DNA of 64,000 bases from an uncultured Pseudomonadota bacterium (GTDB taxonomy: Bacteria > Myxococcota_A > Polyangia > Fen-1088), in the NCBI GenBank assembly GCA_963779495.1, contig CAVZYM010000004.1, forward strand, positions 492,298 to 556,297. Direction: 5' to 3'. The notes under the pieces are model-generated. The model searched no databases. It was not told the origin of the DNA and saw nothing but the letters and a program-made list of their open reading frames with translations. Positions 39,278 to 53,828 of the stretch are shown piece by piece. A program made the position numbers and the translations under genes. Numbering within the stretch: the stretch's first letter is position 1; each line of letters opens with the position of its first letter.

Positions 39278-42277
39278 ATGGTCCCCCCCATCGCCGCGTC
39301 GCGCCCATCGCGCTCGTCGCGGTGTCGCTGGTGCTGGTGTCGGCGGCCGGTTGCCGTCGCGACGGCTGCGTCGGTGGCGACGACGGCCGCTGCCTCCCGG
39401 CGGCCGCCTGTCCCGAGCTGCGCTACAGCTGTGGGGCTCTGCCGGGGACACTACTGCTGACGCAGGTGAGCGGCGAGGACGCGGGCATGCGCGCGGCAAG
39501 CCCCAAGATGCTGGCGGCACCCGGCGACTTCGTGCTCGAGAACGATCGCGTGCACGTGGTGCTCGATGCGCCCGAACACCCCCACCACCTCGCCCCGAGC
39601 GGCGGCTCGATCATCGACTTCGCGCCGATCGGAAAGCCGGGGGAGGGGGGCGATCAGACGAACGCGGTCTACCAGGCCGCGGGCCTTCTGCCCCGGGACG
39701 CCGTCCACTACGACAGCGCCGAGGCCTACGATCACCACGACGATCCCGAGTCGCCGTACGTCGCGGTCGTCTTCCGCGGCCGCCTGGAGGGCGAAAGGCG
39801 CGTCACGGTCGTCACCCGCTACGAGCTGCGCCCCTGCGAGCCCGGGGTGCGCGTCCGCACCGACGTCTACAACGGGGCGCTCGACGCCAACACGCTCTAC
39901 GTCACCGACGCGTTCTTCTGGGGAGACAACGCGCTGGTGCCGTTCGTCCCCGGCACCGGGCTGGGTTTCCGGGCCCCGGAGCTCGACCTGGAGCACATCG
40001 ACGAGGCCTGGCGCGAGTGGCCGTTCATGGCCGCGCGTTCCGAGGGCCCGCCCGACGTTTCATACGCGGCGGTTCCGTGCAATCGGGAGCGCGGGGCCGG
40101 GTTCAACAGCACGACGCTGACCGCGGCCGGCGTCCCGCTGCGGACCACGCAACCCGGCGACGGCGACCACTTCGATCGCTTCCTGATTGCGACGCTCGGG
40201 CCCGGGCTGGCGCCCGCCGTCGGCGAGGCGCTGGACGTTCGGGCGAGCGTCCACGGCGAGCCGGCGCCGGTCATGGTGAAGGGCCAGCTCGTCAGCGGCG
40301 GGCTGCCGATCGAGATCCGGGCCGGGCGCGCCGCATCGCTGCTGTTCTACGAACCGGCCTTCGGCCCCGATCCCGACGACCCGAGCCGCCGGACGCCGTG
40401 GACGGAGGCGGTCCCCGACGCCAAGGGGGCCTTCGTGGTGGCGCTGCCGCCGGATCGCAGCTACCGCATGCAGGCGTACGCCTTCGGCCGGCCGAACGGC
40501 GCCCCGTTGACGAACGGCGCCCCGACGACGTTCGCGGTCGCGCGTGAGGACGTCGACCTGGACGACATCACGGTGACCGCGCCGGCGCACCTGGTGGTGA
40601 ACGTAAAATCGCGAGATCCGCTCGCGGGAGAGAGCACACGCTTCGCCGAGGTGGTGGTGGTTCCGTCGGACCCGTCGCGCGCCGACGAGACCCCGACGTT
40701 CTATGGGCTCTTCCCCGGCTGCGAGCCGATGCTGGGCCCCCCCCACGGCGCGTCGCCGGCGTGCAACCGCGTGCTCACCAGGGAGGACGGGACGATCGAC
40801 TTCCTGGTGCCGCCCGGCCGCTACCACGTCTACGCGTCCCGCGGGCCCTTCGCGACCCTGGATCGGGCGACCGTCAATCTCGAGCCGGGGGAGGAGAAGC
40901 AACAGACGTTGTTCTCCCAGCCGCTGAAGGAGCTGCTGCCCAAAGGGGTGCTGTCGGGCGACTTCCATGTCCACGGCGCCGGAAGCTACGACTCGTCGAT
41001 CCCCGACCAGGATCGCGTGGTCAGCTTCGTCGCAGCCGGGGTCGACGTCGTCGTCGCGACCGATCACGACGTCGTGACCACTTATGCCGACACCGTCCGC
41101 TACCTGAATGCCAGCCTCGTGGTGATCCCCGGCGTCGAACAGACGCCGAACATCATCTGGTTCGCGGTGCCGGGCGAGAGCTTCCCGAAGACGCTCGGGC
41201 ACTTCAACTTCTGGCCGCTCGCGCCGGGAATGCTCGCGTCGCGCATCGCCGCCCCCTGGGACGAGCTGCGCGAGCCGGGCGACCTGATGGACGACATCGA
41301 GCCGCTGTTCGCCCCTGCCGGGGCCGGTGTGCGGCAGCTGAATCATCCGTACGCCGAGACCAAGCTGGGGCGCGATCAAGGGTTCTTGCGCGCGATCAAG
41401 TACGACCCCGGCCAGCCGATCGCGACCGGACCCGGGCTTCGCCGCCACCGTCCTCAAACGCCGCCCTGGAGGTGAACAGGGCCACCGCAACATGGACTGG
41501 GACGTCCAGGAGGTGATGACCGGTGCATCGCGCGCCGACTGGCTCCGCTACCGCCAGCTCTGGTTCTCGCTGCTGTCGCAGGGGGAGCTGCGGGCGGGGA
41601 CCGCCAACAGCGACACGCACTCCCTGGGGCTCGAGCAGGTCGGGTATCCCCGCAATCTGGTCTTCGGCGTCCACGACAAGGGCAACCTCGATGTCGCTCG
41701 GTTCAACAGCGACATCCGGGCCGGGCACATGGTCGGCACCAACGGGCCGGTGCTCGAGGTGACGATCGACGACGGAATCCCCACGCACGATCCCGTCGGC
41801 CCGGACCTCGACCCGAGGAAGGCGATTCCTGTGACCCGGGAGAAGATGCTGAACATCGTCGTCTCCGGCGCCCCCTGGATTCCGATAGAGGAGGTGCGGT
41901 TGATCGTGAACGGCAAGATCGAGCGCAAGATCACCGCGGGGGGGGTGGACCAGATTGTCGAGGTCAACCACTTCGCGCCGGAGCCCTGGCGTGTCCGGCT
42001 CGCGCCGATCCCCCTGTCGCAGGTCATCAGCGAAGGCGGGGACTACTGGCTGGTCGTCGAGGCGGGGATGGAGTTGCCCAACGTCAAGGACATGAAGGAC
42101 CTCGACGGCGACGGCCTACCGGATCTGCAGGAGGGCCTCACGCGGCCCGACGCGATCGCCGACCTCCAGGCGATCGCGCCCGGTGTCTGGCCCGTCGCCT
42201 TTTCAAATCCCTTCCTCATCGATCGCGACGGTAACGGATGGACCGCGCCTGGGCTCCCTCCGCCAGAGCTTCCGTGA
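39278..42277 (+). CDS. large lipoprotein with CehA/McbA-like PHP metallohydrolase domain (frameshifts near 39285 and 41430-41470)
   Basis: SAAGC lipobox; GDFHVH, TDHD, GHFNFWP, LNHP, ANSDTH, TNGP, AFSNP...DG. Confidence 0.8.
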
Positions 42278-43110
42278 TGGTGGGCGCGCGGGTGCTGTTG
42301 CTCGTCGTCGCCGCGGCGGTCGTCGCGGCGCCGGCCCGGGCGGAGGACGCCTGCGCCTCCTCGTCGCAGACGCCGACGCTGCTGCCGGGGGGAACCATGT
42401 CCGCCGACTTCGCCGCGATACCCGACCCGTGCGGCAACTCCGACCTGATGCTGAGGGCCCGCGGGGCCTTCCTGATCGCGCCCGACATGCCCGACTACTT
42501 CGGCAGCGTCATCGCCGGTGGGATGGTGCGCGTGCGCCGGCGCATCACGCCCCGCGGCTGGCTTTCGATCGCGCTCGACGCGATCAACTATCGCTACGTC
42601 AACAACGGCGGGCTCGCCTCCAGCGGCGCCTCGTTCGGCCCGCCGACGCTCGGCTATCACAGGACGCTGCTCGCCGGGGAGCGGCTGGCGCTGGCGGCCT
42701 ACGCGCGCGCCTTGCTGCCGCTCGACACCGCCCGCACGAGCGGGGTCGAGACGGGGCTCGAGCTCGGCGCCAGCGCCCGGCGTTTGCTGGCGCATGGGTT
42801 CGCGCTGGCCGGGGGCCTCGCCGTCGCCGGCCCCCTCGACATCGTGGCCGGGCAAGCTCATGGGCGGCTGGAGCCGGTCGCGGCGGTCGAGCTCTGGCTT
42901 GCGCCCGGTCCCAGGCTGGGCGTCTTCGCGGGGGGGACGACCCGGTTCGCGATCGTGCCCGAGGCGGCCTTCATCACCGCGGTTCCGCGGGCGGGGGCCC
43001 GGTTCAGCCTGGGGCAGAGGCTCTGGACCGCGGTCCTGGTCGAGCTGCCGGTGGTGGGCCGGGACAGGACCGATTTGGTGGCCAGCCTCTTCGCCGGATA
43101 CGCCCCCTGA
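42277..43110 (+). CDS. hypothetical exported / outer-membrane beta-rich protein
   Basis: Signal peptide ending APARA; amphipathic beta-like segments; start overlaps upstream stop. Confidence 0.65.
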   Translation: MVGARVLLLVVAAAVVAAPARAEDACASSSQTPTLLPGGTMSADFAAIPDPCGNSDLMLRARGAFLIAPDMPDYFGSVIAGGMVRVRRRITPRGWLSIALDAINYRYVNNGGLASSGASFGPPTLGYHRTLLAGERLALAAYARALLPLDTARTSGVETGLELGASARRLLAHGFALAGGLAVAGPLDIVAGQAHGRLEPVAAVELWLAPGPRLGVFAGGTTRFAIVPEAAFITAVPRAGARFSLGQRLWTAVLVELPVVGRDRTDLVASLFAGYAP

Positions 43111-43130
43111 CCCCACGCGAATCCCAATGC

Positions 43131-43158
43131 TTGCGTCGAAATTCGAGATCGATATACT
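43131..43158 (+). promoter_or_regulatory. sigma70-like promoter for rpmI-rplT-pheST
   Basis: TTGCGT-N16-TATACT upstream of rpmI ATG at 43175. Confidence 0.55.
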
Positions 43159-43174
43159 TCCGCGCCTCGCACCC

Positions 43175-43378
43175 ATGCCGAAGATCAAGATGAAGTCGAA
43201 CAGCAGCGCGAAGAAGCGCTTCAAGCTGACCGCCAAAGGGCGGGTCAAGCGGAAGAAGGCTTACCTGCGCCACAACCTGACGTCCAAGACGACCAGCGCC
43301 AAGCGGCGCCTCCGTCGCGGCGGTTACATCAGCAAAACGCAGGAGCATCAGATCAAAGCGATGCTTCCGTACGCTTAG
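43175..43378 (+). CDS. rpmI: 50S ribosomal protein L35
   Basis: MPKIKMKSNSSAKKRFKLTAKGRVK...HNL.SK...RRLR. Confidence 0.96.
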   Translation: MPKIKMKSNSSAKKRFKLTAKGRVKRKKAYLRHNLTSKTTSAKRRLRRGGYISKTQEHQIKAMLPYA

Positions 43379-43395
43379 AGAAGGAACGATCGACC

Positions 43396-43749
43396 ATGCC
43401 TCGCGCAAAAGGTGGATACAAGTCGCGGCACCGCCGCAACCGGATTCGCAAGTACGCCAAGGGTTTCCGCGGCGGGCGGTCCAAGCTCTGGAAGGCCGCC
43501 GTCGAGGCCGTCCACCGCAAGTGGCGGTTCGCGCTGTTTCACCGGCGCAAGCGCAAGCCGGACTTCCGCGGGCTCTGGATCGTCCGCATCAACGCCGCCG
43601 CGCGTGAGCTCGGGGTGTCGTACTCGCGGCTGATCGCCGCCCTGGACAAGGCGAAGATCGCCATCGACCGCAAGATTCTGTCGGACCTCGCGATCAGCGA
43701 TCCGGCCGCGTTCAAGAAGGTCGTCGAGACGGCGCGCGCCGCGGCCTAG
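43396..43749 (+). CDS. rplT: 50S ribosomal protein L20
   Basis: MPRAKGG...AKGFRG...FRGLWIVRINAAAR...IDRKILSDLA. Confidence 0.97.
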   Translation: MPRAKGGYKSRHRRNRIRKYAKGFRGGRSKLWKAAVEAVHRKWRFALFHRRKRKPDFRGLWIVRINAAARELGVSYSRLIAALDKAKIAIDRKILSDLAISDPAAFKKVVETARAAA

Positions 43750-44906
<1,157 letters not shown>

Positions 44907-44921
44907 GCTGAAAGTACAGCG

Positions 44922-47335
44922 ATGAAGATTTCCTTCAACTGGCTGCGCGAGCTCTGCGAGCTCGCTCCCGGGGTGACCGCAGACAGCGTCGCCGAACGGC
45001 TGACGCTGGCCGGCCTCGAGGTGGAGTCGATCGAGCGCCGCGGCCGGGATGTCGGCGGCGTGCTCGTCGCCGAGGTCCGCGGCACACGCCCGCACCCGAA
45101 CGCCGAGAAGCTGTCGATCGTCCGCCTGATCGCCGACGGCGCCGAAGAGGAGGTCGTGTGCGGCGCGCCCAACGTGCCCGCGCCGGGCGGCAAGGTGGCC
45201 TGGGCGCCGCCGGGCGCGAGGCTGCCGGGCGGCCGTACGCTCGACCGCCGAGAGATCCGCGGCGTGATGTCGCCGGGGATGATGTGCAGCGAGGTCGAGC
45301 TGGGGATCGGCGAGGCAGGTGACGGAATCTTGATTCTGTCGCCTGAGGCCACCGCGGGGAGCGACCTCGCGCGCTACGCCGGGCTGCTCGACGAGGTCCT
45401 GGAGGTGAACGTCACCCCCAACCGCCCCGACGCGCTGTCGCACGCCGGGATCGCCCGCGAGATGGCGGCGCTGTTCGGCACCCGCTGGCGGCTGCCGCCG
45501 CCCGACGAGGTCGCCGTGGTGGCGGTACCGCAGGGGCGGGGCGTCGATGTCGACATCCGCGATCCAGCGGCCTGCCCGCGCTACGTCGCCCGCATCGTCG
45601 CCGGCCTGCGCGTCGGCCCGAGCCCGCTGCCGATGCGGGTGCGGCTGGCGGCCTGCGGGGTGCGCGCGATCTCGAACCTGGTCGACGTCACCAACTACGT
45701 GATGCTCGAGACCGGCCACCCGCTGCACGCCTTCGACGCTGACCGCCTGCGCGGCGGGATCCAGGTGCGCCGCGCGGCCCGCGGCGAGCGGATGACGACG
45801 CTGGACGGCCTCGATCGCCCGCTGCAGGAGTCGGACATCGTCATCGCCGACGAGCGCGGCCCGATCGCGCTGGCCGGCGTCATGGGCGGCGCCGACAGCG
45901 AGGTCTCGGCGACGACCAGCACCGTCGTGCTCGAGGCGGCGACCTTCGATCCGCGCGTCGGTGCGGCGGACCTCGAAGCGGCTGGGGCTGCGCAGCGAGG
46001 CGTCGCACCGGTTCGAGCGCGGCGTCGACGCCGCCAGCGTGCTGGACGCCAGCCGGCGCGCGGCCGCGCATGCTGGCCCGGCTGGGCGGCGGCGCGATCG
46101 CGGGCGAGGGGATCGATCGCTATCCCGGCGAATCGCACCCGCGCCGCGTGACGCTGTCGTTCGCGGGGCTCGAGCGGCTGGCCGGGTTCGCGATCGCGCC
46201 CGGCGGTCGCGGCCGAGAAGCTGGCCGCGATCGGCATCCCGACCCAGCCCGACGGCGCCGACGCGCCTCGCGGCGGCGGTCCCGACCTTCCGCCCCGACA
46301 TCACCATCGAGGCGGATCTGATCGAGGAGGTGATGCGCCTCGTCGGCTACGACAAGGCGCCGGCCCGCCTGCCGCGTGGCAGCGGCGCGCCCGCCTCGAG
46401 CCCGGAGGCCCTGGCCGATCGCGGCGCGCGAGCTCCTGGCGGCGCTGGGGCTGCACGAGATCGTCGAGCTGGGGGTTCGTGCCCGCGTGGCTGGCTGGCG
46501 CCGCTGGGCGCGCCGCTCGACCGACGGCATCGCGGTGAAGAATCCGATCTCCGCCGACTACGAGGTGATGCGCACGTCGCTGCTCCCGGGCTGGTCGACG
46601 CCGCCAAGCGAAACCTGGCCCGCGGCATCGGCGACGTCGGGCTGTTCGAGGTCGGTCCGGTCGTGCGCCGGATCGCCGACGCGAAGGAGATGCCGGTCGA
46701 GCCGCACTACGCGGCGGCGATCGTGATGGGCCGGCGCGCCGGCTGGCTGAAGCCCGGCGCGCCCTCGACTTCTTCGACGCCAAGCGGATCGCGATCGAGC
46801 TGCTGCGCGGGCTCGGTGTGGCGGCGCCGCGGTTCGTCGCCGCCCGCGGAGGTGGGGCTGCTGCATCCCGGTGCGGCGGCGGCCATTCACCTCGACGCCC
46901 AGTCGACGACGCCGATCGGGCTCGTGCGGCGAGCTGCACCCGCGGCTCGCGCGCGCCGCTGGGGCTCGACGCCCGCGCGCTCTACCTCGAGGTGGCGCTC
47001 GGCGCGGTCAGCGGGGCCCGCCGCCCGTGCGCAGCGTCGCCGCCGCCGCGCTTCCCCGCCGCGACCCGCGACATCTCGTTCTGGATCGACGCGGCGGTCG
47101 ACCGCCGACGCGCAGCGCGCGCTGCTGACGTCGACGGCGGAGCCGCTGCTGCGCGAGCTGGCGGTGCTCGAGGACTACCGCGACCCGAAGTACACCCCGC
47201 CTGGCAAGAAGGGGATGCTCTGGACGCTGACCTACCGCGCCGAGGACCGGACGCTCACCGACGCGGAGGTCGACGCCGCCCACGCGCGCGTCGTCGCCGC
47301 GCTGGCGGCTTCAGCCATCGGTGGTGATCCGATAG
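44922..47335 (+). CDS. pheT: phenylalanine--tRNA ligase beta subunit (many indels)
   Basis: MKISFNWL, HPNAEKL, VCGAPN, GMMCS, TPNRPDALSH.GIARE, VDVTNYVM, RFERGVD, DLIEEV, RTLTDAEV. Confidence 0.94.
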
Positions 47336-47353
47336 CTCAACGAGTCAAGTCAG

Positions 47354-47382
47354 TTGACCACAAAGGGATTTTTCGGTACAAA
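47354..47382 (+). promoter_or_regulatory. sigma70-like promoter for ihfA
   Basis: TTGACC-N17-TACAAA, ending 8 nt before ATG 47391. Confidence 0.5.
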
Positions 47383-47390
47383 CGTTGGCC

Positions 47391-47669
47391 ATGACGAAGG
47401 CCGACATTGTGGAGAACGTCTACGAGAAGGTGGGTGGATTCTCGAAGAAGGAGGCCGCCGAGATCGTCGAGACCGTCTTCGACACGATCAAGGAGACGCT
47501 GGAGCGCGGCGAGAAGATCAAGATCTCCGGCTTCGGCAACTTCGTCGTGCGCGACAAGAACGCGCGCGCCGGGCGGAACCCGCAGACCGGCCAGGAGATC
47601 ACGATCAGCGCGCGCCGCGTGCTGACCTTCAAGCCCAGCCAGGTGCTGAAGAACGTGCTCAACGACTGA
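47391..47669 (+). CDS. ihfA: integration host factor subunit alpha
   Basis: MTKADI...KISGFGNF.VRDK.AR.GRNPQTG.EI.ISARRVLTFKPSQ; canonical position after pheT. Confidence 0.96.
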   Translation: MTKADIVENVYEKVGGFSKKEAAEIVETVFDTIKETLERGEKIKISGFGNFVVRDKNARAGRNPQTGQEITISARRVLTFKPSQVLKNVLND

Positions 47670-47679
47670 GGCCGCGGGC

Positions 47680-48071
47680 GTGGCGCAGGCGCGCAGCGGC
47701 GACGGACGCTTCGGGGCTCCCCGACAGCCCGTACTTCAAGATCGGCGAGGCGGCGCGGCTGTGCGGCGTGAAGCCCTACGTGCTTCGCTACTGGGAGACG
47801 GAGTTCAAGTCGGTCAAGCCGCAGAAGACGCGCTCCCAGCAGCGCCTCTACCGGCGGCGCGACGTGGAGCTGCTGCTGAAGATTCGCCACCTCCTGTACG
47901 ACAAGCGCTACACGATCGAGGGGGCGCGCTCGCGCCTGCGCGAGCAGGGCCACGACGAAGGGCCGGTGACCGCGCCGCCCGTCGTTCCGCCGGCGCCGGC
48001 GATCAACCGGGAGACGCTTACAAAAGATCAAGCAAGGCCTCGCGGATCTGATACGTATCTGCGCGGAGTAA
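47680..48071 (+). CDS. MerR-family HTH regulator (conserved after ihfA; indels at both ends)
   Basis: YFKIGEAARLCGVKPYVLRYWETEF...QRLYRRRDV...LLY.KRYTIEGAR. Confidence 0.88.
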
Positions 48072-48083
48072 AGACATTTGTCG

Positions 48084-48161
<78 letters not shown>

Positions 48162-48170
48162 AAACGAGAC

Positions 48171-48964
48171 ATGAGAAGCCGTCTCGATCCTGGTCACGAA
48201 TGACGATGGCGTCGATGGCGCCGGGGATTCGAGCGGTGGCGGAGGCGCTGCGCGCGATCGGCGACGTCGTGGTGGCGGCGCCCGATCGCGAGCGCAGCGC
48301 CGCCTCGCACTCGATCTCGCTCGATCGGCCGCTGCGGGTCGACGAGGTCGAGGCGGGGGTCTTCGCCATCGACGGAACGCCGGTCGACTGCGTCTACCTG
48401 GCGCTGCTGCACCTGGTGCCGCGCCGGCCGGCGCTGGTGGTGTCGGGGATCAACAACGGCTTCAACCTCGGCTCGGACGTCTTCTACTCGGGGACCGTGG
48501 CGGGCGCGGTCGAGGGGGCGCTGCGCGGTGTGCCGGCGCTCGCGGTCTCGCTGGAGCGGCCGCAGCCCGCAGGACTTCTCCCACGCCGCCGGCGTTCGCG
48601 CGCGCGCTGGCGGCCGAGGTGATCCGTCGCGGCGCGAGCGGGCTCCCCGACGCATCGCTGCTGAGCGTCAACGTCCCCGGCGGGACCCATCACCGGCTAT
48701 CAGGTGACGTTCCTGGGACGGCGGGTCTACCGGGACCAGGTCGAGGTGCGGCAGGATCTGCGCGGGCGCTCGTACTACTGGATCGGCGGCCCCGAAGAGA
48801 AGGCGACCGATCTGCCGGGCTCGGACTGCAGCGCCATTCGTGACGGGCTCGTTTCGGTGACGCCCCTCGGGCTCGACCTCACGCACACGCGCCTCGTCGG
48901 CGAGCTGGTCGACTGGCAGGTGGGGAATTTCGTGCACCAGGCGATCGAACGCGCTAGGGATTAG
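48171..48964 (+). CDS. surE: 5'/3'-nucleotidase SurE (indels)
   Basis: ILVTNDDG, APDRERSAASHS, GTPVDCV, SGINNG.NLG.DVFYSGTV, YYWIG, VSVTPL. Confidence 0.92.
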
Positions 48965-48970
48965 ACCGTC

Positions 48971-49701
48971 ATGGCGGGGTCCCAGGAGGGTGGGGCCGGC
49001 GGGGGGGAGGCCAGCCGCCGGAGCCGCCGCAACCACCAGAAGATGAGCCGTTCGCGGCGCTGCGGCGCCGGATGGTGATCGAGCAGCTCGCGCACCGGGG
49101 CATCCGGGATCCGCGTGTGCTGGGGGCGATGGGGACGGTCCCGCGCCACCGGTTCGTGGATCCCGTGCTGGCGCGCCGACGCGTACGACGACCGACCGCT
49201 GGCGATCGGGTACGGCCAGACGATCTCGCAGCCCTACATGGTGGCGCGCGCGACCGAGCTGGCGGCGCCGCAGGCAGGCGATCGCGCGCTCGAGGTCGGG
49301 GCCGGCAGCGGTTACCAGACGGCGGTGCTGGCCGAGCTCTGCAGCCAGGTTTTCGCGATCGAGATCGTTCCCGCGCTGGCCCTGCGGGCGGCCCAGGTGC
49401 TGGCCGAGACCGGCTACCACAACGCGGTCGTCGAGGCGTTCGACGGCAGCGGCGGTTGGCCGGCGCACGCGCCGTACGACGTCATCATCGTATCGGCCGG
49501 GGCGCCGCGTATCCCGCCGCTGCTGGTCGCCGAGCTGGCGGAGGGGGGCGGCTGGTCATCCCGGTGGGGGGGCCGGAAGAGCAAGAATTGGCCGTCGTGC
49601 GCCGTGAGGGCGACCATTACGTCACCTCGTATGACACCCGCTGTCGCTACGTCGATCTCCTCGGCCGCTTCGGCGTCGGCAAGGGCGCGCCGGTGGCGTG
49701 A
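48971..49701 (+). CDS. pcm: protein-L-isoaspartate O-methyltransferase (indels)
   Basis: VPRHRFV, IGYGQTISQPYMVA, LEVGAGSGYQ, APYD.I.V.A, GGRLVIPVG; follows surE. Confidence 0.92.
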
Positions 49702-50383
49702 GGCAGGGCTCGCCGCGCTGCTGGCGGCGGTCATCGGGGGCTTCGCTGGCGGGCTGCCACGCCGAGCGCGCGGCGCCGATGCATCCGGAGAGCCTCCCGG
49801 GGCGCTGGCACGTGGTCGCCGCGGGAGAGACCCTGGCCAGCGTGGCCCGCGCCGCCGGCGTCCCCGCCGAGGACATCCTGGAGATCAACGGCCTGACCCG
49901 CTCCGACGAGGTCGTCCCCGGTCGCACCATCTTCGTGCTCGAACCCAGCCGTCCGCCGCAGCTCGCCGCGGTAGCGCCCACCGATCCGGCGCAGCCCCCC
50001 GGCATGCAGTGGCCGCTGACGACACTCCGGGTCGTCGTGGGATCGCCGTTCGGAACGCGTGACGGGCGCCCGCACGAAGGGATCGATCTCCCCGCGCCGA
50101 TCGGCACCCCCGTGTTCGCCGCCGCGGAGGGGCGCGTCGCCTACGCCGGCAGCCGGATCCGCGGCTACGGCAACATGATCGTGCTCCGACACGGCGGCGA
50201 CCTGATGACGGTTTACGCCCACAACTCTGTGCTGCTGGTGTCCCAGGGGCAGCCCGTGCGCGCCGGCGATCGCATCGCGCTCGTCGGCCAGAGCGGGCAC
50301 GCGACCGGCCCGCACTTGCATTTCGAGGTGCGATCCGGGCAGATTCCGACAGACCCGATGCGCTTCCTCCCCCCGAGGGCCCC

Positions 50384-50387
<4 letters not shown>
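49698..50387 (+). CDS. LysM/M23 peptidase lipoprotein (NlpD-like position)
   Basis: LAGC lipobox; HVVAAGETL LysM; HEGID, GYGN, YAH, TGPHLHFEVR. Confidence 0.9.
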
Positions 50388-52376
<1,989 letters not shown>

Positions 52377-52404
52377 GACCGTGAACCCCTCCGGTCAGTC
52401 GCCG

Positions 52405-53552
52405 TCAGTCTTGGCGCTCGATGATCTTTCGCCGGATCGAGGCGGTCCGGCAGATGAACGGGTCGATGCCGGTGTAGCTACCCGACGCGTTGAACGACGC
52501 GCCTCGGTCGCGCGCGCAGTAGGCCTTGTCCGGGCAGGGAGCGCAGGAGCTGTAGTCGGACATCCGCAGCCCGCGTATGCGCTGGAACACCGGTGACGAG
52601 CGCCAGATCTCGGCGAACGGCTGCTCGCGTACGTTCCCCGCCGTCCAGGGGACCGAGATGCAGGGATAGACGTCGCCGCGCGACGAGACGGCACAGTTGC
52701 CACGCGCGCAGTTGCAGGCGAACCGCTCTTCGCTGACCGGCTGCGGCCCCTTCGGCAGAAGGTTGCGCAGGGGGCCGCTGGTAGAGCTGCTCCAGCTGCT
52801 GCTCATCGACCCGTGTCGCCAGGCTGCCGCCGTCGCCGTCGTGCCGCGTGGTGATGGTGACGTCGATGAGGTACGTGAAGCCTCTCGCGGTGGCGAACGC
52901 CCGCATCGCCTCGACCTCATGGGCGTTCGCTTTCATGACGATGAACTTCACGCGCACGGCGATCCCGAGACTGCGGCAGCCGGGCAGCCCCTTCCCAGGT
53001 CCGCCGCCACGAGCCCTGCACCTGGGTGATGCCGTCATGCACCTCGGCCGTCGCGCCATAGACGCTGATGCTGACCCCCAAGAGGTTGCGGTAGCCGGCG
53101 AGGCGGGCGGTCATTCCCGGCCGCAGCAGCGTGCCGTTGCTCAGCAGCTGGACGGCCAGGTTCAGCTCGCGCGCCCGATCGAGCACGGCGAAGAGGTGAG
53201 GGTAGGTCAGCACCTCCCCGCCGGTCAGCGACAGGAACAGGCAGCCGGCGGCCCGCAGGTCGGCGAGCAGCGCCAGGATCTCGGGGAGCGTCAGCTCGGG
53301 CTTCGCGTCGGCGCAGGCCGCGTCGCGCGCGGCCTTGGGCTGGTCGCGATCGAAGTTGTAGCAGTGCAGGCAACGGATGTTGCACTTGAGCGTCAGCTCC
53401 AGCGACACGTTGAGCGGCACGGTCTGCGCGAAGGCCTTGGTCTGCATCGCGCTCACGACCGCGTAGCTCGCGTCGGTGCCCACGACGGTCGAATCGGCGC
53501 ACACGGGCGCCTCCGTCTGCGGCGGACCGACGATATCGCCGGCGGCGCTCAT
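52405..53552 (-). CDS. radical SAM/SPASM peptide maturase (frameshifts near 52975 and 52775)
   Basis: ELTLKCNIRCLHCY (CX3CX2C), LTGGE, SNG, S.YG...HD..T; SPASM CNCARGNC...GDVYPC...GNV...CAPC.....C...C. Confidence 0.9.
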
Positions 53553-53828
53553 GCGGCCAGCAGCAGCCCCTTGCCGCCCAGCTCTCCGACCAGCTCCTCG
53601 ACAGCCGAATCGCAGCTCGTCGGCGGGGGCGTCGTACTCCTCGCCCAGCGCCGCGACGAGCTCGTCGACCGATTGCGGGGCCGCGAGCAGCTCCCACACC
53701 CGCGCCGCGGTGTCGTTCAGAAGGTGGACCTCGCGGCTACGCGGGTCGACGACGATCGTCTCCTCCTCCAGCCTCTGGTACGGCAGCTCGGAATCGCGGC
53801 GCCAGACGCTCGACCGGGCGGCGCTCAT
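53549..53828 (-). CDS. PqqD-family RiPP recognition element (RRE), stand-alone (indel near 53607)
   Basis: VHLLNDTAARVWELL...SVDELVAALGEEYD, then shifted frame AVEELVGELGGKGLLLAA*; stop overlaps rSAM ATG. Confidence 0.88.

Noticed and set aside
47340-47358. IHF autoregulatory site upstream of ihfA
   Set aside because: TCAAGTCAGTTG only loosely resembles WATCAANNNNTTR; the spacing does not match.
52917-53828. Track ORF suggesting a PqqD-radical SAM fusion
   Set aside because: The junction peptide is nonsense. A shifted frame completes the PqqD helix (…ELGGKGLLLAA*) with a TGA overlapping the rSAM ATG, so these are two genes.
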